Source: Streptosporangiaceae bacterium (GTDB lineage: Bacteria; Actinomycetota; Actinomycetes; Streptosporangiales; Streptosporangiaceae). From it: a stretch of 64,000 nt of DNA. Position 1 is the first letter of the stretch; every line of letters begins with the position of its first letter. Shown here piece by piece: positions 35,537-43,895 of the stretch. The position numbers were made by a program, and so were the translations under genes. The notes beneath the pieces are model-generated. The model was given only the letters and a program-made list of their open reading frames with translations, was not told the DNA's origin and made no database searches. The stretch covers positions 36,688 through 100,687 of the forward strand of contig JAFARZ010000211.1 in NCBI GenBank assembly GCA_019245115.1, read 5' to 3'.

Positions 35537-36628
35537 GTGACCGAGGCGAGGGGGCTGACACCGCAACGGGTTACGCTGCAGGACGTCGCCGACCGGGCGG
35601 GCGTCTCGCTGACAACCGCTTCCCGGGTGGTGAACCACGGGTCGCGCCGGGTGGGACGCTCGCTGGCCGAGCGGGTCAACAAGGCGGTCGCTGAGTTGGG
35701 GTATACCGCCAACTTGCAGGCCAGGGCGGTCGCCACCGGGCAGAGCACGATGGTGGGCGTGGTCGTCCACGACATCGCCGACCCGTACTTCTCCTCGATA
35801 GCGGCCGGGCTGATCGAGTCACTGGACGCCAAACGGCTGCTGGTGTGCATGTCGAGCACGTCGGCCACCGAGAGGGCCGAACGGGAGTACGTGGCGCTGA
35901 TGCGCGCGCAGCGAGCGCGGGCGGTGGTGCTGATCGGCAGCAGGTCCGACGACAGCGCGGCCAGGGACGCGCTGCGGGCCGAGATCGAGGCGTTCACCCG
36001 GTCCGGCAGCCAGGCCGTCTGCGTGGGCCAGGACCTGCTGGGCGTGGACACCATCATGCCGGACAACCGGGCGGGCGCCGATGCGCTGGCCAGGGCGCTG
36101 GCGGCGCTCGGGCACCGGGAGTTCGCGGTGCTCGCCGGACCGCGCGGCCTGCTCACGGCGCGGGACCGGCGCGACGGCTTCCTGACCGGGCTGCGAGCAT
36201 GGTCGATCGGGCTGGACCCGGCCCGGGTGGTGCACGGCGAGCTCAGCAGGGACGGCGGTTACGAGGCGATGAGCGCGATCCTGGCCGCCGGCGAGCCGCT
36301 GCCGGACTGCGTGTTCGCGGTGACCGACGTCATGGCGGTCGGCGCGCTGGCCCGGCTACGCGCCGCGGGCATCGACGTGCCGACCGGAATCGCGCTGGCC
36401 GGATTCGACGACATCCTCACCCTGCGCGATGTCTACCCGCCGCTCACCACCGTACGGCTGCCGCTGAAACGGATGGGGGAGATGGCCGCTGAACTGCTAC
36501 TAAGCGGCAGCGGCACCGGAACCGGCGGCCCCCGGGTCCTCCCGGTCCCGGGCGAGGTGATCCTGCGGGAGAGCACGCACCCGCGCCCGCCAAGATCAAC
36601 TCTTGCGCCGCCTGGGACCATCCGATAG
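35537..36628 (+). CDS. LacI-family transcriptional regulator
   Basis: VTLQDVADRAGVSLTTASRVVN HTH plus a periplasmic-binding-like core. GTG 35537 follows GAGGGAGGGG; the track ORF starts at 35522. Confidence 0.9.
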   Translation: MTEARGLTPQRVTLQDVADRAGVSLTTASRVVNHGSRRVGRSLAERVNKAVAELGYTANLQARAVATGQSTMVGVVVHDIADPYFSSIAAGLIESLDAKRLLVCMSSTSATERAEREYVALMRAQRARAVVLIGSRSDDSAARDALRAEIEAFTRSGSQAVCVGQDLLGVDTIMPDNRAGADALARALAALGHREFAVLAGPRGLLTARDRRDGFLTGLRAWSIGLDPARVVHGELSRDGGYEAMSAILAAGEPLPDCVFAVTDVMAVGALARLRAAGIDVPTGIALAGFDDILTLRDVYPPLTTVRLPLKRMGEMAAELLLSGSGTGTGGPRVLPVPGEVILRESTHPRPPRSTLAPPGTIR

Positions 36629-36641
36629 TTTCGAGCTTATC

Positions 36642-36655
36642 GGAAAGCGCTTGCC
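36642..36655. promoter_or_regulatory. Second copy of the LacI-type operator core (GGAAAGCGCTTGCC)
   Basis: Exact reverse complement of 35480-35493, lying between the lacI stop (36628) and the permease start (36673). Confidence 0.55.
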
Positions 36656-36672
36656 TGGCGGTGGGAGCGAAC

Positions 36673-38142
36673 ATGAGCGAAGCGGCACCGGTTCCGTTCA
36701 CCGAGACGAAAGCACCCGAGTCCCCGGAGCGGCTGCACCGGGGTGCGCTGCGGCTGATCGACATCTCGGCCTCGACGATGGCGAACATCGGCCCGGCGTA
36801 CAGTTTCTTCTTCGCCTTCGGCCTCATCGTCAGCACGGCCGGCATCGCGGCGCCGCTGACCATCATCGCGGCCATAGTCGCCGTGGCGCTGCTGGGGAAC
36901 ACGCTGTCCCAGTTCTCCCGGGCGCACCCGTCCACCGGCGGGTTCATCACCTTCGTCGGCAAGACGTTCGGCGGCGGCAGCGCGGTGACGACTGCGTTGC
37001 TGGCCGGCGCCGGCTACATCATCGCGATCTCGTCGGTGCTGGTGGTCTCCGGCGGGTTCCTGTCGCTGATGCTGAACTACTACCTCGGCTGGAACGTCCC
37101 GTGGGTCGTGTTCACCATCCTGCTCACCGCCGGCGCGATGGCCATGATGATCCGCGGCGTCGCCCCGTCCACGAAGCTGGCCGGCTTCTTCTTCGGCTTC
37201 GAACTGATCGTGCTCCTGGTGGTGGCTGTCGCCACGCTGATCAAGAACGGCGGCCACCTGGCCGGCTCGCCGTTCAACCCGCATCACATCAACAACGGCT
37301 TCAGCGGCCTGGCGGCCGGCTTCCCGCTGGCCGTCTACCTGTTCATCGGCTGGGAGAACTCGGCCGCGCTGGCCGAGGAAACCGGCAACCCGCGGCGCAA
37401 CGTGCCGCGAGCCGTCTACATGTCCGTCGCGCTGATGGGATTCACCTACCTGCTGCTCGCCTACGCCACGGTCAGCGGATTCAAGTACAACGGGGCGGCA
37501 CTGACCAGCACCAGCGTCACCATCCCCTTCATCACCGTCGCCCACGGCGTCGCCGGCTGGCTGGCCTTCATCGCCTACCTGGCCGGCACGACCTCCACCG
37601 TGGGTGTGCTGATCGCGGCGGTGAACTCGCAGTGCAGGCTGGTCTTCAACGCGGGCCGCGAAGGACTGCTGCCGCGCTGGATCGGGAGGGTGCACCCGAC
37701 CCGGCTGACCCCGATCAACGCGATCTTCGCGTTCGTCGCCATCGCCGGCGTCATCGTGGTGGGCTGGGCGCTCGGGCACCTGATCGGCGGCAGCACCGGC
37801 AGCCTCAACCCGTTCAACTACTTCAACGAGTCCGGCACCATGGGGACCATCCTGATCCTGGTCGTCTACTTCCTGGCCAACCTCGCGCTGCCGTTCTACT
37901 ACCGCCGGTACCGTCCGGCCGAGTTCAACGTCGTCAAGCACGGCGTCCTGCCGGTGCTCGGCATGGCGGCCATCGCCGTCCCCGTCTACTACCTGTGCAA
38001 GCCCGGTCAGCCGGATCCCTACAACTGGTTCCCGTACATGGCGCTCGGCCTGGCCGTCGTCTTCGTCGCCTACGCCGTGCTCGCCACCAGGCGCGACCCT
38101 GCCCTCGGCGACCGGGTCGGTTCCATCATCGCCGACGACTAG
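36673..38142 (+). CDS. APC-superfamily amino acid/amine permease
   Basis: About 12 TM segments (IDISASTMANIGPAYSFFFAFG...). ATG 36673 is preferred over GTG 36661. Confidence 0.9.
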   Translation: MSEAAPVPFTETKAPESPERLHRGALRLIDISASTMANIGPAYSFFFAFGLIVSTAGIAAPLTIIAAIVAVALLGNTLSQFSRAHPSTGGFITFVGKTFGGGSAVTTALLAGAGYIIAISSVLVVSGGFLSLMLNYYLGWNVPWVVFTILLTAGAMAMMIRGVAPSTKLAGFFFGFELIVLLVVAVATLIKNGGHLAGSPFNPHHINNGFSGLAAGFPLAVYLFIGWENSAALAEETGNPRRNVPRAVYMSVALMGFTYLLLAYATVSGFKYNGAALTSTSVTIPFITVAHGVAGWLAFIAYLAGTTSTVGVLIAAVNSQCRLVFNAGREGLLPRWIGRVHPTRLTPINAIFAFVAIAGVIVVGWALGHLIGGSTGSLNPFNYFNESGTMGTILILVVYFLANLALPFYYRRYRPAEFNVVKHGVLPVLGMAAIAVPVYYLCKPGQPDPYNWFPYMALGLAVVFVAYAVLATRRDPALGDRVGSIIADD

Positions 38143-38205
38143 CCCGGTGGCGGCGCGGGAAAACAGACCGCAAACCACAGCCGTTCGCTGTAATGGAGAT
38201 TTTTA

Positions 38206-40086
38206 GTGGCTGACCCTCATCCGCTCGATCCGGCGACAGCGGCGGAATACCTGGCCGGCCGGGAGATCGTGGTAGCGGCCGGGCTGCTTTCCGAGCCGGT
38301 CAGGTTCGCCTATTACGGGCTGGAGGAGCCGCCCAAGGACGAGGTCCTGGCCGCGGACGGAACACCCGATCGCAGGCTGCGGGCCTTCCTGATCAACACG
38401 GAGACCGGCGAGTCGGCGGACGTGGTGGTGTCGCTGACCGAGCGGCGGGTGGTCAGCGAGCACCGGCTCGACACCAAGACCGACGGCCAGCTTCCGATCG
38501 TCGATTCAGACTTCGGGGTGGTCGAAGAGGTGGTCCGGGCCGATCCCGGCTGGCAGGCCGCCATGGCCAGGCGCGGGCTGACCGATATGAGCAAGCTCCG
38601 GATCGCCCCGATCACCGCCGGCGCGTACGGGCCAGGCGCCGACGACCAGAGAAGGATGGTGCGCGTGCTGGCCTTCGTCCAGGCGCGGGAGCACGACCTT
38701 GCCTGGGCGCACCCGGTTGACGGCGTGACCGCCTACGTCGACCTCGTCGAGAAGCGGGTGTTCAAGGTCGTCGACGAGTTCACGCTGCCGGTGCCCGCGG
38801 AGTCCGGCGACTACGACGACCCGGCCGTGCGCGGACCTCAACGGACCACGCTGAAGCCGATCGAGATCACCCAGCCCGAAGGTCCCAGCTTCACCCTGGA
38901 CGGCAACCTGCTGCGGTGGCAGGACTGGTCGATGCGGGTCGGGTTCGACCTCCGCGAAGGCCTCACCCTGCACCAGATCGCTCTCGCCAGCCGCCCGGTC
39001 ATCTACCGCGCGTCGGTACCGGAGATGGTCGTGCCCTACGGCGACCCGCGGTTCCGTTACTGGCAGGCCTACTTCGACACCGGCGAGTACCTGGTCGGGA
39101 AGTGGGTCAACTCGCTGGAATTCGGCTGCGACTGCCTGGGCGAGATCGCCTATCTGGACGCCACCGTGACCGACGACACGGGCGAGCCCCGGGTGGTCGG
39201 CAACGCCATCTGCGTCCACGAGGAAGATTCCGGGATCTTGTGGAAGCATACCGACATCTTCAACGGATCGGCCCAGTCCCGGCGGCAGCGGCGGCTGGTC
39301 GTGTCGTACTTCACCACGGTCGGCAACTACGACTACGGTTTCTACTGGTACTTCTACCTCGACGGCACGATCGAATGCGAAGTCAAGATGACCGGGGTGC
39401 TGTTCACCTCGGGCTATTACGGGCAGCCGTATGCGGCCGAGGTCGCGCCGGGGCTCGGTGCGCCCGTGCATCAGCACCTGTTCAGCGCCCGGCTGGACAT
39501 GACCGTGGACGGCCTGGCCAACGCGGTCGAGGAGGTCGACTATTGCGGGCTGCCGATCGGGCCGGACAACCCGTACGGCAACGCCATCGCGCGGCAGGTG
39601 ACCAGGCTGGCCAGTGAATCGCGGGCCGCCCGGCGGGCGGACGCGTCGCGGGGGCGGACCTGGCGGGTGATCAGCACCTCGCGGACGAACCGGTTCGGCC
39701 AGCCGACCGCCTACACCCTGTATCCCGAGGCGGCCCCGGCGCTACTGGCCGATCCGGGCGCGCCGCTGGCCGCGCGCGCCGGGTTCGCGGCCAGCCACCT
39801 GTGGGTGACCAGGTACGATCCGGCCCACCGTTATCCGGCGGGCGACTTCGTGAACCAGAACCCTGGGGGAGCGGGGCTGCCCGCCTTCGTCGCGGGGGAC
39901 TCCGACATCGACGGCGCGGACATCGTCGTCTGGCACACGTTCGGGCCGGTCCACTTCCCGCGGCCCGAAGACTGGCCGGTCATGCCGGTGACCCGGTGCG
40001 GCTTCACGCTGAAGCCGGCCGGCTTCTTCGACCGCAACCCCACCCTCGACATCCCGCCCCCAGCCCCGCACTGCCACCCCGGCTGA
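38206..40086 (+). CDS. Copper-containing primary-amine oxidase (topaquinone enzyme)
   Basis: 626 aa. TPQ consensus TTVGNYDYGFYWYFYLDG and His ligands (HQH...). GGAG RBS before the GTG start. Confidence 0.95.
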   Translation: MADPHPLDPATAAEYLAGREIVVAAGLLSEPVRFAYYGLEEPPKDEVLAADGTPDRRLRAFLINTETGESADVVVSLTERRVVSEHRLDTKTDGQLPIVDSDFGVVEEVVRADPGWQAAMARRGLTDMSKLRIAPITAGAYGPGADDQRRMVRVLAFVQAREHDLAWAHPVDGVTAYVDLVEKRVFKVVDEFTLPVPAESGDYDDPAVRGPQRTTLKPIEITQPEGPSFTLDGNLLRWQDWSMRVGFDLREGLTLHQIALASRPVIYRASVPEMVVPYGDPRFRYWQAYFDTGEYLVGKWVNSLEFGCDCLGEIAYLDATVTDDTGEPRVVGNAICVHEEDSGILWKHTDIFNGSAQSRRQRRLVVSYFTTVGNYDYGFYWYFYLDGTIECEVKMTGVLFTSGYYGQPYAAEVAPGLGAPVHQHLFSARLDMTVDGLANAVEEVDYCGLPIGPDNPYGNAIARQVTRLASESRAARRADASRGRTWRVISTSRTNRFGQPTAYTLYPEAAPALLADPGAPLAARAGFAASHLWVTRYDPAHRYPAGDFVNQNPGGAGLPAFVAGDSDIDGADIVVWHTFGPVHFPRPEDWPVMPVTRCGFTLKPAGFFDRNPTLDIPPPAPHCHPG

Positions 40087-40089
40087 ACC

Positions 40090-40143
40090 GGGGTGAATGT
40101 GCCATCGTCCCCCCTATGGGGCGTGCGATGGCACATTCACCCC
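40090..40143. repeat. Nested palindromic element, copy P2 (inverted relative to P1)
   Basis: Perfect 18-bp arms GGGGTGAATGTGCCATCG / CGATGGCACATTCACCCC. Starts 4 nt after the amine oxidase stop and contains the enolase-family gene's TGA (40137-40139). Confidence 0.75.
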
Positions 40144-41273
40144 CCGCTGCCGTAGACGCGGTAGCGCTCCAGGTCGGCCCAGCGGACGGAAAGCCCGAGC
40201 CCGGGCCGGCCCGGGTCGGGCCGCAGTGCTCCGCCGCCTGGCGACAGGACGCCGTCGAACGCCATCGACTCCAGGCGGACGTGGGTGTGGAAGTACTCCA
40301 GATGCCGCAGCCGCGGGACACCGCAGAAGGCGTGTGCGCTGACCGCGGGCGCGCAGTGCGCGGACAGATCCAGCTGACGGGCCTCGCAAAGCCCGCCGAC
40401 CTGCAGCAGCCCGGTGATGCCGCCGCACCGGGTGACGTCCGCCTGCAGGCAGTCGACCGCCCCGAGCAGCGTGCCGAAATCCGGTGTCAGGTACCCGTAC
40501 TCACCGGCCGCGATGTCCAGCCCGGCCGGGCCGTGGTCGCGGAGCAGCCGCAGCCCTTCGACGTCGAGAGAACTCACCGGCTCCTCGAACCAGGACACCC
40601 GCCATTCGCCGGCGAACCGGTCCGCCCAGTACAGGGCGGCCTTCCGGCTCAGCGCGCCGTTGGCGTCGGTGAACAGTTCGACGCCGTCGCCCGCCTCTTT
40701 GCGCACCGCCGACAGCCGTGCCGGGTCGGCCGACGGATCCCGGGAGGTCTTGATCTTCATCCGGGGAATCCCCGCCGCCGCCCACCCGGAGACCTGCGAA
40801 ATGAGCCGGGGCAGCGGATAGTTGGTGAGCCCGCCGCTGCCGTAGACCGGCACCTCATCGCGGAATCCCGGTAGCGCCCGGTACAGCGGCTCGCCGGTGA
40901 GCCGCGCCTTGAGGTCCCACAGCGCGATGTCGACCGCGGATACCGCCATCGCCCCGATGCCGGGCTGGCCGGCGTTGCGTAGCTCGGCGAACATGGTGCG
41001 CCAGGCCGAGGCCGGCGCCAGCGCGTCCATGCCGGTAACGACCGAAACCAGTTTGGATTGCACCAGCGTCGCGGTAGCCACGTCGCCGTAGGTGTAGCCG
41101 AGGCCGGTGACACCGCCCGCGGTCGCCTCGACCAGCACGAGGACGGTGGACGACCAGGACAGCGTGCCGTCCTGTTCCATACCGTCCGGGCCGTCCACCG
41201 GGATCTCGAACGCGTGGACGGCGACATTCTCTACAGGTATGGTCCCGGCCGGGACATTTGATGGGATCACCAT
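40137..41273 (-). CDS. Enolase-superfamily enzyme (mandelate racemase/muconate lactonizing family), substrate unknown
   Basis: Start MVIPSNVPAG after AAGGAA. MAVSAVDIALWDLKARL, KIKTSRD, FTDANGA, WFEEP and AAGEY motifs. Confidence 0.85.
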   Translation of the reverse strand: MVIPSNVPAGTIPVENVAVHAFEIPVDGPDGMEQDGTLSWSSTVLVLVEATAGGVTGLGYTYGDVATATLVQSKLVSVVTGMDALAPASAWRTMFAELRNAGQPGIGAMAVSAVDIALWDLKARLTGEPLYRALPGFRDEVPVYGSGGLTNYPLPRLISQVSGWAAAGIPRMKIKTSRDPSADPARLSAVRKEAGDGVELFTDANGALSRKAALYWADRFAGEWRVSWFEEPVSSLDVEGLRLLRDHGPAGLDIAAGEYGYLTPDFGTLLGAVDCLQADVTRCGGITGLLQVGGLCEARQLDLSAHCAPAVSAHAFCGVPRLRHLEYFHTHVRLESMAFDGVLSPGGGALRPDPGRPGLGLSVRWADLERYRVYGSGG

Positions 41274-41293
41274 GGCGACTGCTGTTCCTTGGG

Positions 41294-41830
41294 TTACTTG
41301 CCCCGGCCGGGAAACTTCTCGCTGACCAGGTCGCGGACCCGGTCGGCTGGTCCGAGCACCGGCATGGCCAGCCGGTTGGCCAGCGCCCCGTTGACCCGCG
41401 GATGCGGCCGGGTGGGCGCCAGTTCGCGCGCCAGCCGCACCTCGAGGCCGAGCATCCAGCGGCGGGCGTGGCTCAACCGCGTCAGGCCGGGGAGCTCGTC
41501 CCGTTCCTCCCGCGCGGCATGGGCCAGCACCTCCCGGCGGAGTGCGCGCAGGCCGGAAAGGTACCCGTGACCGTAGGGACCGATCTGCCACAGCCGGGCG
41601 AGCAGTTGCTTGGCCTGCTCCTCCTCGCCTTCCCGGGCCGTCGCGGCCGCGATCCGCCCGGCTCGCCGCGCGGCCGGGTGCACGTGAACCTGCTCGGCGG
41701 CCTCATGCGTCGCCAGCATCCGGACCAGCCGCCGGAACTCGCCATCCCGGCGCCGCCCGGGCACCGCTGCCCGCCAGAACGCGCGGCGGATGGCGGCGTG
41801 CTGGTCCTTGACCACGCTGGTCACTTCCAT
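41294..41830 (-). CDS. Hemerythrin (HHE cation-binding) domain protein
   Basis: Start MEVTSVVKDQHAAIRRAF after GGGAG. HEAAEQVHVHP and HAAREERDELP motifs. Confidence 0.7.
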   Translation of the reverse strand: MEVTSVVKDQHAAIRRAFWRAAVPGRRRDGEFRRLVRMLATHEAAEQVHVHPAARRAGRIAAATAREGEEEQAKQLLARLWQIGPYGHGYLSGLRALRREVLAHAAREERDELPGLTRLSHARRWMLGLEVRLARELAPTRPHPRVNGALANRLAMPVLGPADRVRDLVSEKFPGRGK

Positions 41831-41892
41831 GCGGCCGGTCTCCCTTTCTTTATAACGAACGGCGGTGGTTCCTCCTGCCCGCCCGATCCTCG

Positions 41893-41989
41893 GTCGGCTG
41901 ATCAGCGTCGGCTGATCGGCTCGTCGGCCGGCTACCCAGGCGCCGCCGGAATATGTCGCGCTGCGAAGAGATTCCGCGGTCGGCTGAAT
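41893..41989. promoter_or_regulatory. Three GTCGGCTGA(T/A) repeats and a GCTGATCAGC palindrome
   Basis: Copies at 41893-41903, 41907-41917 and 41979-41989, the last overlapping the marR ATG. Located in the hemerythrin/marR divergent spacer. Confidence 0.3.
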
Positions 41990-42515
41990 GACGATACATT
42001 CAGACAAGCTGGCATCCGCACGCGGACGTGAGGAGGGCCGCCTCATTCAGCCGACCCGGCAGGAGTTCGAGAACCTGCTCTCGTTCCGCACCGCGCTGCG
42101 CCGGTTTCAGCGGTGGAGTGAAAATCAGGCGATCGCGGTCGGCCTGACCCACGTCCAGCACCAGTTGCTGGTGGCGATCAAGGGCCACCCGGGGGACGTG
42201 GCGCCATCCGTCCGGGAGATCGCCGACTACCTGATGCTGCAGAGTCACAGCGCGGTCGGCCTGGTTGACCGGGCCGAGGCGGCGGGGTTCGTGCGGCGCC
42301 GCCCGGATCGCGACGACGCTCGCGTGGTACGCATCGAGCTCACCGAGAAGGGTGACAAGCTGGTGACCGAGCTGGCCGAGGAGCACCTGCTCGAGGTTCA
42401 CAAGCTCGCGGTGGCGTTGAGCAGCCTGCTCCCGGCCGACGGCATGGGAAAGTTACATAGGAGCTGGCTGGTGGGACGGCGCTGGTGGGGCGCGCTATTG
42501 ACCGGTCGGCCGTGA
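41988..42515 (+). CDS. MarR-family transcriptional regulator
   Basis: LTHVQHQLLVAIKGHPGDVAPSVREIADYLMLQSHSAVGLVDRAEAAGFVRR. Confidence 0.85.
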   Translation: MTIHSDKLASARGREEGRLIQPTRQEFENLLSFRTALRRFQRWSENQAIAVGLTHVQHQLLVAIKGHPGDVAPSVREIADYLMLQSHSAVGLVDRAEAAGFVRRRPDRDDARVVRIELTEKGDKLVTELAEEHLLEVHKLAVALSSLLPADGMGKLHRSWLVGRRWWGALLTGRP

Positions 42516-42577
42516 TTTTCTTAGCGTCCGGGCAGCGCGGCGCGCACCGGAGCGTGCCGCGCCGACTGGAGGCCGCG

Positions 42578-43888
42578 ATGAAACGCGTTCTTGTTCCGAT
42601 GGCGGCACTCGCCGTCGCCGCCCTCGGACTGCCCCTGACTGCGTCCGCCTCCGTCGCTGCCGGGGTGACGGGGAGCCTGCCGGCCGGGACGGTGTTCTAC
42701 ACGAACCCGGACTCGAACGTCGAGCAGTGGATCGCCGCCAATCCGGGCGACTCTCGCGAGCCGGTCATCGCCGCGAAGGTCGCCAGCCAGCCGCAGGCGA
42801 CCTGGTACACCACCTACAACCCGTCCGCGATCCAGTCTCAGGTCTCGGCGGTCGCCTCGGCCGCGGCGGCCAAGGGCCAGGTGCCCATCCTGGTCGCCTA
42901 CGACATCCCGAACCGCGACTGCGGCGGTGCCTCGGCGGGTGGCGCGCCGACCATCGCCGCCTACGAGACGTGGATCTCTGACTTCGCGGCCGGCCTCGGC
43001 AACGCGACCGCGATCGTGCTGGTCGAACCGGACTCGCTGGCCCTGCAGAGCTGCCTGTCGAGCTCGGACGCGAGCGCGCGGGACGCGGCGATCGCCTTCG
43101 CCGGCCAGGTCCTGCACACCGACGATCCCAACGCCAAGGTGTACTTCGACGGCGGCCACTCGAACTGGAACTCCGCCGCGCAGCAGGCGGCGGTGCTGAA
43201 AGCCGCCGGGGTCACGACCGACGCCAATGGCGTATTCACCAACGTGTCCAACTTCGAGTGGACCAACGACGAGCTGTACTACGGCCAGCAGATCCTGACC
43301 GATCTCGGTGACGCCAGCCTGCACCTGGTGATCGACACCAGCCGTAACGGCATCGGCCCCGGCAACACGTGGTGTGACCCGTCCGGGCGCACGCTCGGTC
43401 TCAATCCGACGGCGAACACCGGCTACTCCTACGTGGATGCCTTCTTGTGGGTGAAGCCGCCGGGCGAGGCGGACGGGTGCGCCGACAAGGCCGGCACGTT
43501 CGACCCGGCTCTCGCCAGCGCGCTCGCCACCAACCCCGCGGCGGGAACGCCGGGCTGCAAGGTGACGTACACGATCGCCAGCTCGTGGACCGGCGGCTTC
43601 ACCGCCAATGTCACGCTGGCCAACACCGGCACCGAGCCGTTCGGTGGCTGGACGGTCACCTGGACCTACCCGGGCGACCAGACGGTCACCAACCTGTGGA
43701 GCGCCTTCTACACGCAGACCGGGGAGACGATCGCGGCACACGACCCGTTCGATACGAACGCCACGGTGGCCGCGGGGAGTAGCGCGTCGTTCGGAATGCA
43801 GGGGACCTTCTCCGCCAGCGACGCGTCGCCGGCATCATTCACTCTGACCGCCGACAACGGCCAGACCGTCATCTGCACCGCGGGGTGA
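42578..43888 (+). CDS. Secreted GH6 cellulase with C-terminal CBM2
   Basis: Start MKRVLVPMAALAV after CTGGAGG. ILVAYDIPNRDCGG and LVEPDSLA (GH6). The C-terminus ...SSWTGGFTANVTLANTG...W... is CBM2-like. Confidence 0.9.
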   Translation: MKRVLVPMAALAVAALGLPLTASASVAAGVTGSLPAGTVFYTNPDSNVEQWIAANPGDSREPVIAAKVASQPQATWYTTYNPSAIQSQVSAVASAAAAKGQVPILVAYDIPNRDCGGASAGGAPTIAAYETWISDFAAGLGNATAIVLVEPDSLALQSCLSSSDASARDAAIAFAGQVLHTDDPNAKVYFDGGHSNWNSAAQQAAVLKAAGVTTDANGVFTNVSNFEWTNDELYYGQQILTDLGDASLHLVIDTSRNGIGPGNTWCDPSGRTLGLNPTANTGYSYVDAFLWVKPPGEADGCADKAGTFDPALASALATNPAAGTPGCKVTYTIASSWTGGFTANVTLANTGTEPFGGWTVTWTYPGDQTVTNLWSAFYTQTGETIAAHDPFDTNATVAAGSSASFGMQGTFSASDASPASFTLTADNGQTVICTAG

Positions 43889-43895
43889 GGCGAAC

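Noticed and set aside
18573-40143. P1 and P2 as terminal inverted repeats of a 21.5-kb composite transposon or island
   Set aside because: Each element is itself a complete palindrome, so relative orientation means little. There is no transposase or integrase between them, the interior is ordinary catabolic operons, and a third copy lies outside the interval.
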